This document shows positions 63,264-64,000 of a DNA stretch of 64,000 bases, in pieces; position 1 is the stretch's first letter, and every line of letters begins with the position of its first letter. Both the position numbers and the translations under genes were made by a program. The DNA is from Selaginella moellendorffii (Eukaryota > Plantae > Lycopodiophyta), in NCBI RefSeq assembly GCF_000143415.4, contig NW_003314275.1:1369955-1433954 (forward strand), read 5' to 3'. The notes beneath the pieces were generated by a model. The model saw only the letters and a list, made by a program, of their open reading frames with translations. It was not told where the DNA came from and did not search any database.

Positions 63264-63788
63264 TCATTTCCCTTTCTTCTTGGGCTTGGCCTTGCCAAGA
63301 TTCTTAGTAGACTGCTCTTGTGCTTCCAACACCTTTGGCTGGCCATTCCACAGGAACTGCGTCACATCCTCCACCTTGGACAGCTTGAGCAAAAGAGGTG
63401 TCAATTTCTCAAGCTCCCTATCATCTGCTTCTCCTTTGAATGGCCTGATCTCGATGCCATTGTGCGGGCACAGCCTGAAATTGAGGCGAACATCATCCAC
63501 CCAGACTAGCCTCTTCATGCTGCACGTAGCAAACTGTGACACATCCTTGACAAATCCCTGTCGGCACCTGGTGCAATCCTTGATGCTGTATACCTCACTG
63601 ATCAGATGCGCAAATGCCCCAAACCCAGCCACACACTGCTTTGAGTCTGACGCACTGAAGATTATGAGCTTGTATACCTGCACCATCTTGCTGAGGAACT
63701 CTTCTAGGCCGGGCCTCTTGACGATAGTCGAGTTCTTTCTGCAAATCAGCGTGTCGTCTAGATCCAGCACCAGCACCCCTCTGTCCAT
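63264..63788 (-). CDS. NIF/FCP1-like HAD phosphatase, DLDDT variant, intronless tandem paralog
   Basis: VLVLDLDDTLI, KRPGLEEFL, WVDD, PHNGIEIRPF. Confidence 0.87.
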   Translation of the reverse strand: MDRGVLVLDLDDTLICRKNSTIVKRPGLEEFLSKMVQVYKLIIFSASDSKQCVAGFGAFAHLISEVYSIKDCTRCRQGFVKDVSQFATCSMKRLVWVDDVRLNFRLCPHNGIEIRPFKGEADDRELEKLTPLLLKLSKVEDVTQFLWNGQPKVLEAQEQSTKNLGKAKPKKKGK

Positions 63789-64000
63789 TTCTTCCCGCAG
63801 CCCTAATCAGGATTAGCATCAAGTCTTTTTCAAACCGTTTATGACAATCATTATTAAATTACTTAATAAACTTCCATTTTCTCAAATCGCCAGTGCATGT
63901 GAAAGTTCTCACCATACTTGCATCCGAACATTCGAACGCAACCGGATTAGAACGGGTATCGAACGTTTAATACCCGTTTAGCTTTTTTTCGAACGGGTAT

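Noticed and set aside
63920-64000. Repeated gaacgggtat motif, possible TE terminus
   Set aside because: Truncated by the window edge and cannot be classified.

Overview
Gene-dense land-plant nuclear DNA with tiny introns (mostly ~50-70 bp) and very short intergenic gaps; this suggests a lycophyte such as Selaginella, which is an inference. The right third (43-64 kb) is an intact housekeeping block: RPT6 head-to-head with XPB, GABA transaminase, B-type lectin, VPS35L, a PLS-class PPR, a subtilase, tRNA-Pro(CGG), stearoyl-ACP desaturase (SAD) and two NIF/HAD-domain genes. The left two thirds are a rearrangement zone. It holds an inverted XPB/RPT6 relic, an intact young Ty1/copia element with identical 140-bp LTRs, a SAD pseudogene interrupted by a deleted copia that carries an internal fold-back, an aspartic protease, an orphan ORF, a tandem duplication with ~9.87 kb offset (F-box-like, Trp/Tyr permease, MYC-type bHLH), a SET-domain gene with a CCAAT/E2F array, and a bHLH-RPT6 chimeric junction. 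The most striking signal is two sharply bounded AT-rich islands (~1.5-5.1 kb and ~18.8-22.2 kb). They contain recognisable copies of neighbouring genes (RPT6, SET) altered mainly by C>T/G>A transitions, including non-CpG sites, which resembles RIP-like mutational erasure of duplicates. All alignments and exon boundaries were done by eye and are approximate.
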